A stretch of 64,000 bases of DNA, from positions 4,744-68,743 of the forward strand of contig CAWJHZ010000011.1 in NCBI GenBank assembly GCA_963842845.1, given 5' to 3'. Of this stretch, positions 31,051-43,304 are shown one piece after another. Within the stretch, counting starts at the first letter, position 1, and each line of letters begins with the position of its first letter. The translations under genes and the position numbers were made by a program. Source of the stretch: an uncultured Chloroflexia bacterium (GTDB taxonomy: Bacteria; Chloroflexota; Dehalococcoidia; DSTF01; JALHUB01). The notes beneath the pieces were generated by a model. The model searched no databases, was not told where the DNA came from, and saw only the letters and a list, made by a program, of their open reading frames with translations.

Positions 31051-33450
31051 TCAGCTTCGAAGCGTCGCGCCGACCTCGTGCTTCAGCCGCTCCACGATCC
31101 CCCGCTGCGCCCGCGCGACCTCCTCGTCCGTCAGCGTGTGCTCCGAGGACTGGTACGTTATGGAAAACGCCAGCGACTTCTTCCCCGTGCCCACCTGCTC
31201 GCCCGTATAGTAGTCGAACAGGCGCACCTCCCGCACCAGCGGCGCCTTCCGGATGATCGACGCGATCCGCTCGGCCGGCACGTCCTCGCTCACGATCAGC
31301 GCGATGTCCTGCACCACCGGCGGGAATCGCGGCACCGCCTCGTAGCGACGGGGCCCGGCCACCAGCGGCAGCAGCCTGTCGAGAACGACTTCAAATACAT
31401 ACGCCTCGCCGTCGACGTCGAAGGCGGTGGCAACGCGCGGCTCTACCTGGCCGATGACAGCGATCCGTTCCCCCCGCGCGCGCACTTCGGCCGCCCGCCC
31501 GCGGCTCATGCCGAAGACGTCAGTCTCCACGAATTCCGCCTCGATGCCCAGCCCGTCGAGCAGCGCCTCCAGGTAGCCCTTCGCATCGTAGAAGTCCACC
31601 GGCTCGTCCGTGGGGTGGCCCCAGCGGTCCTCGTGCCGCCCGCCGATCGCCGCCGTCAGGTGCTCCTCCTCCAGCGGCAGGTCCGAACCACGCGGCAGGT
31701 AAGCCCGCGCCGCTTCGAAGAGGGCCATCTCGCCCTTGTCGTAGCGCAGGTTCGACGCCAGGCTTTGCAGCAGGCTCGCGCGCAGCGTCGTCCGCAAGTA
31801 CTCGTGCTGGCTGCTGAGACTGTTGACGACCCGCAGCGGCGGCTGCTCCGCGAGAAGCTCCCGCGGCACCACCTGCCGCAGCGCCTCCAGCGTCGTCAGC
31901 GAGTAGTTGATGACCTCCTGCATGCCGGATGCGGCAGCCAGGTCGCGGGCGCGCTCCCGCAGGTTCCGCAACGGCTGCGGGATGATCGACGGCACCTCGC
32001 CGCGCAGGTTCGTGACCGGCAACTCGTCGTAGCCGACCATCCGCGCCACTTCCTCTGCCACGTCGTCGGCTATGCGCACGTCCATGCGCCAGTACGGCAC
32101 GTCGACCCCGTAGCCGCCGTCGTCGACGCGGCAGCCGAACTGCAGTCCTTCGAGGACGCCACACACTTTGTCGGGCGACAGGTCGAGCCCGAGGATCGTC
32201 TGCAGGCGCTTCCGCGACACCCGAATCGCAACCGGTTCCGCCTTCCGCGGATAGACGTCGACGGCGCCGGAGGCCGCGCGCCCGCCCGCCAGCTCCACCA
32301 TCAGCTTCGTCGCCCGCCTGGGAGCGACGATCGACAGCTCCGGGCTCAGCCCTTTCTCGAACCGGCTCGAAGCTTCGCTGCGCGCCTTCAGAAGGACGCT
32401 GGTGCGGCGGATGCTTGCCGCGTTGAAGTTCGCCGATTCCAGCAGAATCGAACGCGTGTCGTCTCCGACCTCGCTGTTGGCGCCGCCCATAACGCCGGCC
32501 AGCGCCACGGCGCCCTCGGCGTCGGCGATCACGAGCATGTCCGGCGAAAGCTCGTGGTCCACGCCGTCGAGCGTCGTCAGCTTCTCGCCGGGTCGCGCCC
32601 GCCGCACGACGATCTGTCCGCCGCGCACGAGGCTGAAGTCGAACGCGTGCAGCGGCTGTCCCAGCTCCATCATTACGTAGTTCGTGATGTCGACAATGTT
32701 GCTGATCGGCCGCATTCCCGCCGCGATGAGCCGCTCCTGCATCCACGGTGGCGACGGGCCCAACCGCACGTCCTCGACGAGCGTCGCGACGTAGCGCGAG
32801 CACAGGTCCTCGTCGGCGATCTCCACGCTCACGCGTTCGGCGATGGCAGCGCCCGCCTCGTCGTAGGTGCCGTCCGGGTAGCGGACCGTCTTCCCCGTCA
32901 GCGCCGCCACCTCGCGCGCGATGCCCACCATCGACAGACAGTCGCCGCGGTTCGGCGTCACCGCGATGTCGAAGATGGTGTCGCCCATATACTCTTGGAG
33001 CGGCGTGCCGACCGGCGCGTCCGCGTCTAGCTCCAGGATGCCGACGTGCTCGTCGGAGATGCCCAGCTCGCGCTCAGAGAGCACCATGCCGGCCGACTCG
33101 ACGCCGCGGATCTTCGCCGGCGTGAGGATGACGGCCTCGCGCGTCTGCGGGTTTGTGATGTGAGCGCCGACGCATCCGAAGGCGATCTTTTGGCCCTCGG
33201 CGACGTTCGGGGCGCCGCAGACCACCGTCATCCGCTCGGCGCCGAGGTCGACGGTTGCCAGCTTGAGACGGTCCGCGTTAGGGTGCGGCTCGACCTTGAC
33301 GACGAGGCCGACGAAGATGCCCTCCCAATCGCCGCCCGTGCGCTCGATGCGGTCGACGCCGAGGCCGGCCATCGTCAGAAGGTGGGCCAGTTCCTTCGGC
33401 GGCAGGTCAATGTCGACGTATTCGCTCAGCCAGCGTAACGACACTCTCAT
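31051..33450 (-). CDS. pheT: phenylalanine--tRNA ligase beta subunit
   Basis: HPNADRL, VCGAPN, TPNRGD, VDITNYV..GQPLHAFD, C-terminal FDX-ACB. Confidence 0.97.
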   Translation of the reverse strand: MRVSLRWLSEYVDIDLPPKELAHLLTMAGLGVDRIERTGGDWEGIFVGLVVKVEPHPNADRLKLATVDLGAERMTVVCGAPNVAEGQKIAFGCVGAHITNPQTREAVILTPAKIRGVESAGMVLSERELGISDEHVGILELDADAPVGTPLQEYMGDTIFDIAVTPNRGDCLSMVGIAREVAALTGKTVRYPDGTYDEAGAAIAERVSVEIADEDLCSRYVATLVEDVRLGPSPPWMQERLIAAGMRPISNIVDITNYVMMELGQPLHAFDFSLVRGGQIVVRRARPGEKLTTLDGVDHELSPDMLVIADAEGAVALAGVMGGANSEVGDDTRSILLESANFNAASIRRTSVLLKARSEASSRFEKGLSPELSIVAPRRATKLMVELAGGRAASGAVDVYPRKAEPVAIRVSRKRLQTILGLDLSPDKVCGVLEGLQFGCRVDDGGYGVDVPYWRMDVRIADDVAEEVARMVGYDELPVTNLRGEVPSIIPQPLRNLRERARDLAAASGMQEVINYSLTTLEALRQVVPRELLAEQPPLRVVNSLSSQHEYLRTTLRASLLQSLASNLRYDKGEMALFEAARAYLPRGSDLPLEEEHLTAAIGGRHEDRWGHPTDEPVDFYDAKGYLEALLDGLGIEAEFVETDVFGMSRGRAAEVRARGERIAVIGQVEPRVATAFDVDGEAYVFEVVLDRLLPLVAGPRRYEAVPRFPPVVQDIALIVSEDVPAERIASIIRKAPLVREVRLFDYYTGEQVGTGKKSLAFSITYQSSEHTLTDEEVARAQRGIVERLKHEVGATLRS

Positions 33451-33460
33451 ACAATTCACC

Positions 33461-33483
33461 GTAGCCGAGGCTTTCCAGCCTCG
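33461..33483 (+). repeat. GTAG-type REP-like palindrome, copy 1
   Basis: GTAGCCGAGGCT-TTCC-AGCCTCG in the pheS-pheT spacer. Confidence 0.7.
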
Positions 33484-33493
33484 ACGTCGTTTG

Positions 33494-34537
33494 TCAGAAC
33501 TGCTTCAAGAAACGCAGGTCGTTCGCGTAGAACAGCCGTATGTCTTCGATGCCGTGCCGCAGCATGCAGATTCGCTCGATTCCCATGCCGGCGGCGAACC
33601 CCGTGTAGCGGTCGGCGTCGTAGCCCATGTTCGACAGGATCTCCGGGTGCACCATGCCGGAGCCCAGTATCTCGATCCAGCCTTCGCCGCCGCACGTCCG
33701 GCAGCCGGCGCCGCCGCAGATCATGCAATCGATCGCCATCTCCGCGCCGGGCTCGACGAACGGGAAGTAGTCGCAGCGGAAGCGCACCTTGCGTTCCTGG
33801 CCGAAGATCCGCTTGGCGAACTCGAACAGCGTGCCCTTCAGGTCCGACATGCTGATCCCCTCGTCGACCGCCAGCACCTCCACCTGCGTCTGCATCCACT
33901 CATGCGTCGGGTCCGTTGCCTCGTTCCGATAGCAGCGTCCCGGCGAGACGATGCGGATCGGCGGGCGCGTCTTCTCCATCACCCGCACCTGGTTCGGCGA
34001 CGTGTGCGTCCGCATGACCACGTCGTACTCGCCGTCGTGCGGGATGTCCACGTAGAGCGTGTCCATCGTGTCGCGCGCGGGATGGTCCTTGGGGATGCGC
34101 AGCGCCTCGAAGTTGTAGTAGTCGGACTCGACCTCCGGCCCTTCAACGACGGAAAAGCCCATCGAGACGAAGGCGGCGAGAACGTCCCGCAGCGTCTGCG
34201 CCACGGGATGCAGGCGGCCGATCTTCTTCGGACGGCCCGGCAGCGTCACGTCCAGCCGGCCTGCCGTCGCCGCTGCGAGACCCTCTGCCTCGACCTCCGC
34301 GCTTCTTGCCTCCAGCGCTTCTTCCAGCGCCTGCTTCAGCCGGTTCGCAGCCCCGCCGACGTCCCGCCGCCGTTCGGGCGGCAGCTCGCTGAGTCGACGG
34401 AGCAGGCCTGTGAGCCGCCCCTTGCGTCCGAGGAACGTCACGCGCCACGCCTGCAGCGACGCCTCGTCGCCGGCGGCGGCAAGCTCGCTTCGCGCCTGTT
34501 CTTCGACCTGTTTCAGTTCATCGATCATGGCAGTCAC
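33494..34537 (-). CDS. pheS: phenylalanine--tRNA ligase alpha subunit
   Basis: HPARD, RTHTSP, YFPFVEP, GWIEILGSG, GMGIER; start uncertain (GTG 34537 after GGAGG). Confidence 0.96.
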   Translation of the reverse strand: MTAMIDELKQVEEQARSELAAAGDEASLQAWRVTFLGRKGRLTGLLRRLSELPPERRRDVGGAANRLKQALEEALEARSAEVEAEGLAAATAGRLDVTLPGRPKKIGRLHPVAQTLRDVLAAFVSMGFSVVEGPEVESDYYNFEALRIPKDHPARDTMDTLYVDIPHDGEYDVVMRTHTSPNQVRVMEKTRPPIRIVSPGRCYRNEATDPTHEWMQTQVEVLAVDEGISMSDLKGTLFEFAKRIFGQERKVRFRCDYFPFVEPGAEMAIDCMICGGAGCRTCGGEGWIEILGSGMVHPEILSNMGYDADRYTGFAAGMGIERICMLRHGIEDIRLFYANDLRFLKQF

Positions 34538-34607
34538 GGGCATGCCTCCACCGGTCTGAGGAGAGTTGGCGAAATGCCTGGGGTGGAAGCTGCGCGCTAT
34601 CGAGGCT

Positions 34608-34636
34608 ATTATGGAGTTGCGTATTTGCTGGGTCAA
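34608..34636 (-). promoter_or_regulatory. sigma70-like promoter of pheST
   Basis: Minus strand TTGACC-N17-CATAAT. Confidence 0.55.
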
Positions 34637-34716
34637 CAGCCGATACTTCAGGGGCGAAGCAGGAGGCCGAGCGTGGCCTTTAGGACCGGCGCATTGTAAG
34701 ATCGTACGAGGTGCAA

Positions 34717-34793
<77 letters not shown>

Positions 34794-34810
34794 GTGAAGG
34801 ATCGCTGGTC

Positions 34811-34895
34811 GGGGAAGTGTCGGAATTGGCAGACGAGCATGATTTAGGATCATGTGCCGAGAGGCGTAGGGGTTCGAGTCCCCTCTTCCCCACCA
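34811..34895 (+). tRNA. tRNA-Leu(TAG)
   Basis: GGGGAAG acceptor stem, CATGA-TT-TAG-GA-TCATG, variable arm, GTTCGAG, CCA. Confidence 0.96.
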
Positions 34896-34984
34896 GGTTC
34901 GCGACAACACCCGGTCCCCTACCGCGCACGATGCCGCCGGATCCGCCCGCACGGCAGGCATGTGGTAGCAAGGGATAACCTCCG

Positions 34985-35974
34985 ATGGCGACTCTGCTGG
35001 AGGTAAAAAACCTAAGAACGCACTTCTTCACTGACGACGGCATCGTCAAGGCGGTGGACGGCGTCAGCTACGACCTCGATGAGGGCGAGACCATCGGCTT
35101 GGTCGGCGAAAGCGGCTGCGGCAAGAGCGTCAGCGCCCTCTCGCTGCTGCGACTCATCCCGACGCCGCCCGGCCGCATCGTCGAAGGCGAAGTGTGGTTC
35201 GAGGGCAAAGACCTCCTGAAGCTCAGCGAGAACGACCTCCGCCACGTTCGCGGCAATCGCATTGCCATGATCTTCCAGGAGCCGATGACCTCCCTCAATC
35301 CCGTCCTCACCATCGGACGCCAGGTTACCGAGACGCTGGAGCTCCACATGCACATGGGCAAGTCCAGCGCCAGGAAACGCGCCGTCGAGCTGCTGGAGAT
35401 GGTCGGGATTCCGGCCGCCGCCTCGCGCATCAAGGACTACCCGCACCAGTTCTCCGGCGGTATGCGCCAGCGCGTCATGATCGCCATGGCGCTCTCCTGT
35501 AATCCCCGGCTTCTCCTCGCCGACGAGCCAACGACGGCGCTGGACGTGACGATCCAGGCGCAGATACTGGAGATACTCGCCAACCTCAGCCGCGAGACTG
35601 GGACGGCCGTCATCATCATCACCCACAACCTGGGCGTCATCGCCCGCTATGCCAGCCGCGTCAACGTGATGTATGCCGGCAAGATCGTCGAGGCGTCCAC
35701 CGCGCGCGAAGGCTACGGCAATCCGCGGCATCCCTACACACTCGGGCTGCTGAAATCCGTTCCGCGGCTCGACCAGGCGCGGCACAGCAAGCTGAGTCCC
35801 ATCGAAGGCTTCCCGCCGGACCTCGTGCACATGCCGGCCGGCTGCAGCTTCTATCCCCGTTGCGCCTATCACGACGACAAGTGCCGCGCGGAAGAGCCGC
35901 CGCTCATGCTCGTCGGCGAGAAGCACTACTCGGCCTGCTGGCACGCCGCCGAAATCGAAAAGGCCGTGGTATGA
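34985..35974 (+). CDS. oligopeptide/dipeptide ABC transporter ATP-binding protein (OppD-like)
   Basis: [35 protein letters not shown]-terminal Cys cluster. Confidence 0.95.
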   Translation: MATLLEVKNLRTHFFTDDGIVKAVDGVSYDLDEGETIGLVGESGCGKSVSALSLLRLIPTPPGRIVEGEVWFEGKDLLKLSENDLRHVRGNRIAMIFQEPMTSLNPVLTIGRQVTETLELHMHMGKSSARKRAVELLEMVGIPAAASRIKDYPHQFSGGMRQRVMIAMALSCNPRLLLADEPTTALDVTIQAQILEILANLSRETGTAVIIITHNLGVIARYASRVNVMYAGKIVEASTAREGYGNPRHPYTLGLLKSVPRLDQARHSKLSPIEGFPPDLVHMPAGCSFYPRCAYHDDKCRAEEPPLMLVGEKHYSACWHAAEIEKAVV

Positions 35975-36993
35975 CGACCGAGCCCGACACCATCGTCGAC
36001 AGCGCCGCGTCGAGGAGCAGCGATAGCGTCCTTCTCGACGTCCGCGACCTGAAGGTGTACTTCCCGGTGACGGCGGGCATGATCTTTCAGCGCAAGGTCG
36101 CCGACGTGAAGGCCGTCGACGGCGTGTCCTTCGCCATCCGGCGCGGCGAGACGCTGGGGCTGGTCGGCGAGAGCGGCTGCGGCAAGTCGACGGCCGGTCG
36201 CGCCATCCTTCAGCTCTACCGTCCGACCGCCGGCCAGGTGCTCTTCGGCGGCCGCGACCTGTGCGGCATGAAGGGCAAGGAGCTTCGTCTCTTCCGACGC
36301 CGGATGCAGATGATCTTCCAGGACCCCTACGCCTCGCTCAACCCGCGCATGAGCATCGGCAGCATCATTGGCGAGCCGCTGGCGATCCACAACCTCGCCT
36401 CGGGCAAGCGGCGCCGCGAGCGCGTCCAGGAGTTGATGCGCATCGTCGGTCTGAATCCGTATTACGCCAACCGCTACCCGCACGAGTTCAGCGGCGGCCA
36501 GCGACAGCGAATCGGCGTGGCACGCGCCCTCGCCGTAGAGCCCGACTTCATCGTCTGCGATGAGCCGGTCTCAGCGCTCGACGTCTCCATCCAGGCGCAG
36601 ATCATCAACCTGCTGGAGGACCTCCAGGAGCGCTTCGGTCTGACCTATCTCTTCATCGCCCACGACCTCTCCGTCGTGCGACACATAAGCGACCGCGTGG
36701 CGGTGATGTACCTGGGAAAGCTGATGGAGATGGCGGACCGCCTGGAGCTGTACGAGAGCCCGCTGCACCCCTACACGAAGGCGCTGCTCTCCGCGGTGCC
36801 GATCCCGGACCCGAAGGTCGAAGCGACGCGGGAGCGCATCATCCTCCACGGCGACGTGCCCAGCCCGATGTCTCCGCCGTCCGGCTGCGTCTTCCACACC
36901 CGCTGCCCGATCGCCGTCGACGAGTGCCGCGAGCACGTCCCGGAGTGGCGCGCGAAGTCGCCCGGGCACTGGGTGGCTTGCTGGCGCGCCTAG
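35971..36993 (+). CDS. oligopeptide/dipeptide ABC transporter ATP-binding protein (OppF-like)
   Basis: [37 protein letters not shown]. Confidence 0.95.
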   Translation: MTTEPDTIVDSAASRSSDSVLLDVRDLKVYFPVTAGMIFQRKVADVKAVDGVSFAIRRGETLGLVGESGCGKSTAGRAILQLYRPTAGQVLFGGRDLCGMKGKELRLFRRRMQMIFQDPYASLNPRMSIGSIIGEPLAIHNLASGKRRRERVQELMRIVGLNPYYANRYPHEFSGGQRQRIGVARALAVEPDFIVCDEPVSALDVSIQAQIINLLEDLQERFGLTYLFIAHDLSVVRHISDRVAVMYLGKLMEMADRLELYESPLHPYTKALLSAVPIPDPKVEATRERIILHGDVPSPMSPPSGCVFHTRCPIAVDECREHVPEWRAKSPGHWVACWRA

Positions 36994-37553
36994 ACGCTGC
37001 CGCAGGCCCGAATATCGCCCTCGCCCGTCTGATTCGTCTCCTCATGCGGTGCCGCCTCGTCCGCCAGTTCCCTGCGCATGAACGTCACGTCGAACGGCAG
37101 GCTCTCGAAGTGACGCGTGCCGGTCGCCACGAACCCCTGACGTTCGTACCACTGCCGTAGCTCGGTCTGCGCGGCAATCGTCCCGATCTCGATCGCCCGC
37201 AACCCCATCTCCCGCGCCCGTGCGACGATGTGATTCACCAGCGCCTCGCCGAAGCCGCTGCGACGGAACGCCGGCAGCACCGCCAGCCGTTCCATGTAGC
37301 ACGTGTCGTCGCTGACGCGTTCCAGCGCGACGCAGCCCGCCGGTTGGCCCGAGGTCCGCAGCACGTAGTACTTGACGCCTCTGGCGAAGGCCGCTTGAAT
37401 CCACTCCGGCTGGCAGTTCGATGGGTGCGTCGGAGAGTTCTCAGGCGTTAGCCCGAAGCGCTGAGCGACGTCGGCGAACGCCCCGCGGATGAGCGACGCC
37501 AGTAGCTCGGCGTCGTCTTTCGATGCGTCTGTTATCACGTAGTCTGCGGCCAT
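36990..37553 (-). CDS. GNAT family N-acetyltransferase
   Basis: [18 protein letters not shown] motif A; WYERQGF. Confidence 0.9.
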   Translation of the reverse strand: MAADYVITDASKDDAELLASLIRGAFADVAQRFGLTPENSPTHPSNCQPEWIQAAFARGVKYYVLRTSGQPAGCVALERVSDDTCYMERLAVLPAFRRSGFGEALVNHIVARAREMGLRAIEIGTIAAQTELRQWYERQGFVATGTRHFESLPFDVTFMRRELADEAAPHEETNQTGEGDIRACGSV

Positions 37554-37618
37554 AGAACACCTCCTTCTTCTTCCGCCAAATTGAACCGCCGTATTTCCTA
37601 TGCTACCATCGACCTGCC

Positions 37619-39448
<1,830 letters not shown>

Positions 39449-39512
39449 GAGTTTCTCGATTTGCCCCGTCGCCGCTTGGTGAAATGGACATCCGGAAAGG
39501 ACGTGGCGGCTC

Positions 39513-40865
39513 TTAGTCGTCGGGGGGACTTCCTGTTGCCCTTCCCCGATCTTGCAGACGCTTCACAACCCAGGGCTGCCGCTCCAGCTCCGCCACCTTC
39601 TCCAAGGTCTCTTTGACTGCGCTTCGTCTCTGGCCGACGACATGGTTGTCGTCATAGATAACAGTTGCTTTCCCCAAGTAATCCCTCACCGCTGGGAAGT
39701 CCAGTTGGCCGAGAAGCAGCAGAGCTAGGTTGACCAGCTGGTCCGCCTCACCAAGGCGGTCACCCACCTCCCGGTGCAGCCCCAGCGCCCCTTCGTGGTA
39801 CGCCCGAGACCCGTCGAAGTCGCCCAGCCGACGATAGACGAGGCCAAGGTTTCCCAGCGCGAGCGCGAGACTCCTGCGATCACCGGTTTCCTTTGCTACG
39901 GCCACCACATGTTCGTAACACATCTCGGCACCGCGCAGTCGCCACGACTGAAGGAGGACGCTGCCGAGGCTCATTAGGGTGTTCTCCTGGCCAGATCGAT
40001 CCCCGGCCTCGACCTGCATCTCCAGAACGCGCTCAAGGCGCTCCCGAGCCTTGTCCGTTTCACCCCGGAGCAGATCGATATTCCCTAAGTTCCCCAGTTG
40101 GATTGCCTCCTCCCGCCTGTCCCCACTCTCCCTCGCCGCGCGCAGGGCTGTCTCCGTGTGCCCTTCCGCTTCCACGAATAGTCCGCGCTGGGCACAAACC
40201 GTCCCGAGTTTGCCAAGAATCTTTATCTCGCTGGCTCGGTCACCTCTCGCCCTGGCTATGCCTAGTGCTCTCATATCCGATTGTTCCGCCTTGTCCAGCT
40301 CTCCCTGGTCCGCGTAGACGCTGCCCAGGTTGGCCCACGCTGCCATCCGGATGTGAGCGGCCTCGGCGGTGGGAGAGACATTTTCGGCAAGTCGCAAGGT
40401 CTCCTGAAGATCCATCTCGGCTTCTCCGTACCGGCTGATCTTGAAGTGGCTGTTTCCACGGAGGATATGAAGGGCCGCACGTTGCGAGTCAGTTTCAGCC
40501 AGAGTTAACGCTCTGGTGAAGCGATCAATCGCCTCCCGGTGCTTCTCCGCGCTCTGAGCCCGGTAGCCCTCAAGCTGGAGGATACGGGCTTCCTGATATG
40601 CGGCCTTAAGCGTCTTGTTCAGGGTCTCAGGAAGGCCGTCAACGTACTCTGGGCCGCGAACGCTCTTGCCCTCAAGCTCCTTGATCAGTTCACTCTGACG
40701 AGCCAGCGCTTCCGCAAGCGCGTCGGTGTCGGCCTTCGTCGCCTGCGGAGACTTGCGCCCTGAGAGGATGTCCAACCTATCTTTGAGGGATAGGAAGTTT
40801 GTTGCATAGCTGACCCCGAGCATTACGGCGGCGCATAACGCTCCGAATATGAGAAGAATGTGCAT
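39513..40865 (-). CDS. membrane-anchored tetratricopeptide repeat protein
   Basis: N-terminal hydrophobic helix; ~40-aa repeats (A.ARE.GDR..E...LGNLG). Confidence 0.85.
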   Translation of the reverse strand: MHILLIFGALCAAVMLGVSYATNFLSLKDRLDILSGRKSPQATKADTDALAEALARQSELIKELEGKSVRGPEYVDGLPETLNKTLKAAYQEARILQLEGYRAQSAEKHREAIDRFTRALTLAETDSQRAALHILRGNSHFKISRYGEAEMDLQETLRLAENVSPTAEAAHIRMAAWANLGSVYADQGELDKAEQSDMRALGIARARGDRASEIKILGKLGTVCAQRGLFVEAEGHTETALRAARESGDRREEAIQLGNLGNIDLLRGETDKARERLERVLEMQVEAGDRSGQENTLMSLGSVLLQSWRLRGAEMCYEHVVAVAKETGDRRSLALALGNLGLVYRRLGDFDGSRAYHEGALGLHREVGDRLGEADQLVNLALLLLGQLDFPAVRDYLGKATVIYDDNHVVGQRRSAVKETLEKVAELERQPWVVKRLQDRGRATGSPPDD

Positions 40866-40899
40866 AGCGACTGTATCCTACAAGATCACCCGCGCTTTG

Positions 40900-41700
40900 T
40901 CACGCCGTAATCTCCTCGCCGCCGTCCACGCCGATGACGTTGCCCGTCATCCAGTACAGCCGCTCATCGCACAGCGCCGCAATCGCCTGTGATACGTCCT
41001 CCACCGTCGTCGCCCGGCCGCTCGGGTTCTGCGCCGCCGACCGCTCGTACAGCGCCAGCGCGCCCGCAATCTTCCGCATCGCCGGGGTGTCCGTGATGCC
41101 CGCGCGAATGGAGTTGACGGCGATGCCCGACGGCCCCAGCTCGACCGCAAGCTGTCGCACGTGCGACTCCAGCGCCGCCTTCGCCGCCGACACCGGCCCG
41201 TAGTTCGGGATCACCCGCGTCGAGCCGGAGCTGGTCATGGCAAACACGCGGCTCCCCCGACGCATCAGCTTCAGCGCCATAAGCTCCTGCACCCAGTACA
41301 CCAGGCTGTTCGCCATCACGTCGAGCGTCATCTCCATCTGGCGCTGGCTCACGCGCTGCTTCGGTCCCTCGGCGATGTACGGCACAAGCGTCCCGAACGC
41401 CAGCGAGTGCATGAACACGCGCACGTATCCGTCGGGCCGGCTGCGCAGCGTCTCCTGAATCGACGACAGGACGGCGGCGCGCTTCTCGGCGTCGGCGGCG
41501 TTCGTATTGAAGAAGACCGCCCGCCGTCCCAGTGACTCGACCTCCGCGACGACCCGCAGCGCGTTGGGCAGCGTCGAGCGCAGGTCCAGGTGGACGCCGA
41601 AGACGTTCATACCGCTGCGCGCCAGCTCGACAGCCGTCGCCGCGCCGAAGCCGCTGGACGCGCCGAGAATGAGCGCCCACTCGTGACTTTCCTCAGTCAA
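40900..41700 (-). CDS. SDR, enoyl-ACP reductase FabL-like
   Basis: LGASSGFG; YGPVSAAK (YxxxxxxK). Confidence 0.8.
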   Translation of the reverse strand: MTEESHEWALILGASSGFGAATAVELARSGMNVFGVHLDLRSTLPNALRVVAEVESLGRRAVFFNTNAADAEKRAAVLSSIQETLRSRPDGYVRVFMHSLAFGTLVPYIAEGPKQRVSQRQMEMTLDVMANSLVYWVQELMALKLMRRGSRVFAMTSSGSTRVIPNYGPVSAAKAALESHVRQLAVELGPSGIAVNSIRAGITDTPAMRKIAGALALYERSAAQNPSGRATTVEDVSQAIAALCDERLYWMTGNVIGVDGGEEITA

Positions 41701-41757
41701 AGCAATGCCTCCTTCTTGCTAATGCGAAAGGGGAAGCTATCGTCGTCGAAAGACACC

Positions 41758-41782
41758 GTAGCCGAGACTTTCCAGTCTCGGC
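41758..41782 (+). repeat. GTAG-type REP-like palindrome, copy 2
   Basis: GTAGCCGAGACT-TTCC-AGTCTCGGC. Confidence 0.75.
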
Positions 41783-41809
41783 GGCGAGCTTGGCTCTCCC
41801 GACGCTCTA

Positions 41810-42676
41810 TCAACTCAAATCAAGTGACTTGAGGTACTCGCGTAGCTGAGGGCCCAGGTCCGGACGCCGCAGCATCAGCTCCAGCGACGCCTGAAGCAGC
41901 CCCAGCGGCCGGCCGGTGTCGTAGCGCTTGCCCTGGAAGCGATAGGCGAAGATAGGATGCGTCTTCAGAAGCAACGCCAGGCCGTCGGTGATCTGGATCT
42001 CGCCGCCGATGCCCGGCTTCGTTTCGTGGAGCGCGGCGAAGACGTCCGGCGTCAGCACGTAGCGCCCCACGACGCCCAGGTCCGATGGTGCCTCCTCCGG
42101 CTTCGGCTTCTCGACGAGCGCCTTTACCCGAAAGACGTCGCTCTCCAGCGGCTCCACCGCCATCGAGCCATAGTGGCTTATCTCCTCGTGCGGCACCTGC
42201 TCCACGGCCAGCACGCAGCCGTCGTGGCGCTCGTAGACGTCGATGAGCTGGCGCGTCACCGGCGGCTCCGCGACGATGATGTCGTCGGGAAAGTACAGCA
42301 CGAACGGCTCGTCGCCAATGATCGACTCGGCGGCCAGCACGGCGTGCCCGATGCCCTTCTGCTCCTTCTGCCGGACGAAGACCATCTCCACCATCTCCGC
42401 GATTCCCCGTAGCTCGTCCCGTCGCGCCAGGTCGCCCTTCTCTTCCAGCGCTCGCTCCAGCGCCGGCGCGTAGTCGAAGTAGTTCTCGACGGCGCGCTTG
42501 CCGCCGGAAGTGACCAGAATGATCTGCTCGATGCCGGAAGCGACCGCCTCTTCGACGACGTAGTGGATGACCGGCTTGTCGACGAGCGGCAGCATCTCTT
42601 TCGGGCTTGCCTTGGTGACGGGGAGCATGCGGGTGCCGTAGCCGGCAGCGAGGATAAGACCTTTGCGAACGCGCAT
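41810..42676 (-). CDS. galU: UTP--glucose-1-phosphate uridylyltransferase
   Basis: AAGYGTRMLP.TK..PKEMLP.VDKP, VEKP, GEIQITD. Confidence 0.94.
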   Translation of the reverse strand: MRVRKGLILAAGYGTRMLPVTKASPKEMLPLVDKPVIHYVVEEAVASGIEQIILVTSGGKRAVENYFDYAPALERALEEKGDLARRDELRGIAEMVEMVFVRQKEQKGIGHAVLAAESIIGDEPFVLYFPDDIIVAEPPVTRQLIDVYERHDGCVLAVEQVPHEEISHYGSMAVEPLESDVFRVKALVEKPKPEEAPSDLGVVGRYVLTPDVFAALHETKPGIGGEIQITDGLALLLKTHPIFAYRFQGKRYDTGRPLGLLQASLELMLRRPDLGPQLREYLKSLDLS

Positions 42677-42841
42677 CCTTGTCTCCGTTCGTTCGAGGGT
42701 GCGGAGGGTTTCCGTATGCGATTCTACGACGCGTCGTGCTGCGCGGGCAAGGCGATGTTGGACCGCCGCGTCGACTTGGAGGGAGCATGGCTATTCTAAG
42801 CCGTAAGGGATAGCAATCCAGCTTCGGTGACACCCTCCGGT

Positions 42842-42870
42842 TTGCCAGGGCTGCCGTCCTCTGGTATAGT
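42842..42870 (+). promoter_or_regulatory. sigma70-like promoter upstream of SRP RNA region
   Basis: TTGCCA-N17-TATAGT with TG extension. Confidence 0.55.
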
Positions 42871-42992
42871 ACCTACTTAGTCTCGCTTTCCCAATGAGGG
42901 AAACGCTTCAGGCTTTGGAAAGCCTCGCAACGGTGGGCGCCATCGAGTCCTCAGGGGTTGACTTTAGACAATAACCCCATGGTAGGATGTCG

Positions 42993-43262
42993 CGGTCGTG
43001 CTAGACGGGGAGCTAGCGGTGCCCTGAACCCGCAATCCGCTATAGCGGGGTTGAATTCCCGTTCGAGGTCTTAGGCACCGGGGAACTGGTGCCGTCGCGC
43101 GGCGTAGAAGGCTTGGTCCTACGCGGCGAAACCCTATGAACCCCGTCAGATCCGGAAGGAAGCAGCGGTAAGTAGTGGTCTTCGGGTGCCGTAGGGCAAC
43201 CGGGCCTGAGCAAGCGGACGGCGTTAAGCTCGCGGGCCGGGTCGACAACGGGTGCACGACCG
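42993..43262 (+). ncRNA. ffs: signal recognition particle RNA, large (Alu-domain) bacterial type
   Basis: 5' GTCGTGCTAGACGGGGAGCTAGCGGTGCCCTG..CAATCCGC Alu domain as in Bacillus scRNA; helix 8 TCAGATCCGGAAGGAAGCAGC; terminal stem CGGTCGTGC/GCACGACCG. Confidence 0.93.
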
Positions 43263-43304
43263 TAATTAATCCCTTGCCGCTCCGCGGTAGTAAAGAGAGA
43301 GCTT

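Noticed and set aside
30658-33030. 790-aa plus-strand ORF and other long antisense ORFs (e.g. 11332-12840, 33263-34699, 47764-49182, 62830-63864)
   Set aside because: Shadow frames opposite well-supported genes in high-GC DNA, with no recognisable motifs.
34543-34716. Possible T-box leader for pheS
   Set aside because: A promoter-like sequence lies only ~70 bp from the start, and no T-box consensus or terminator is visible.
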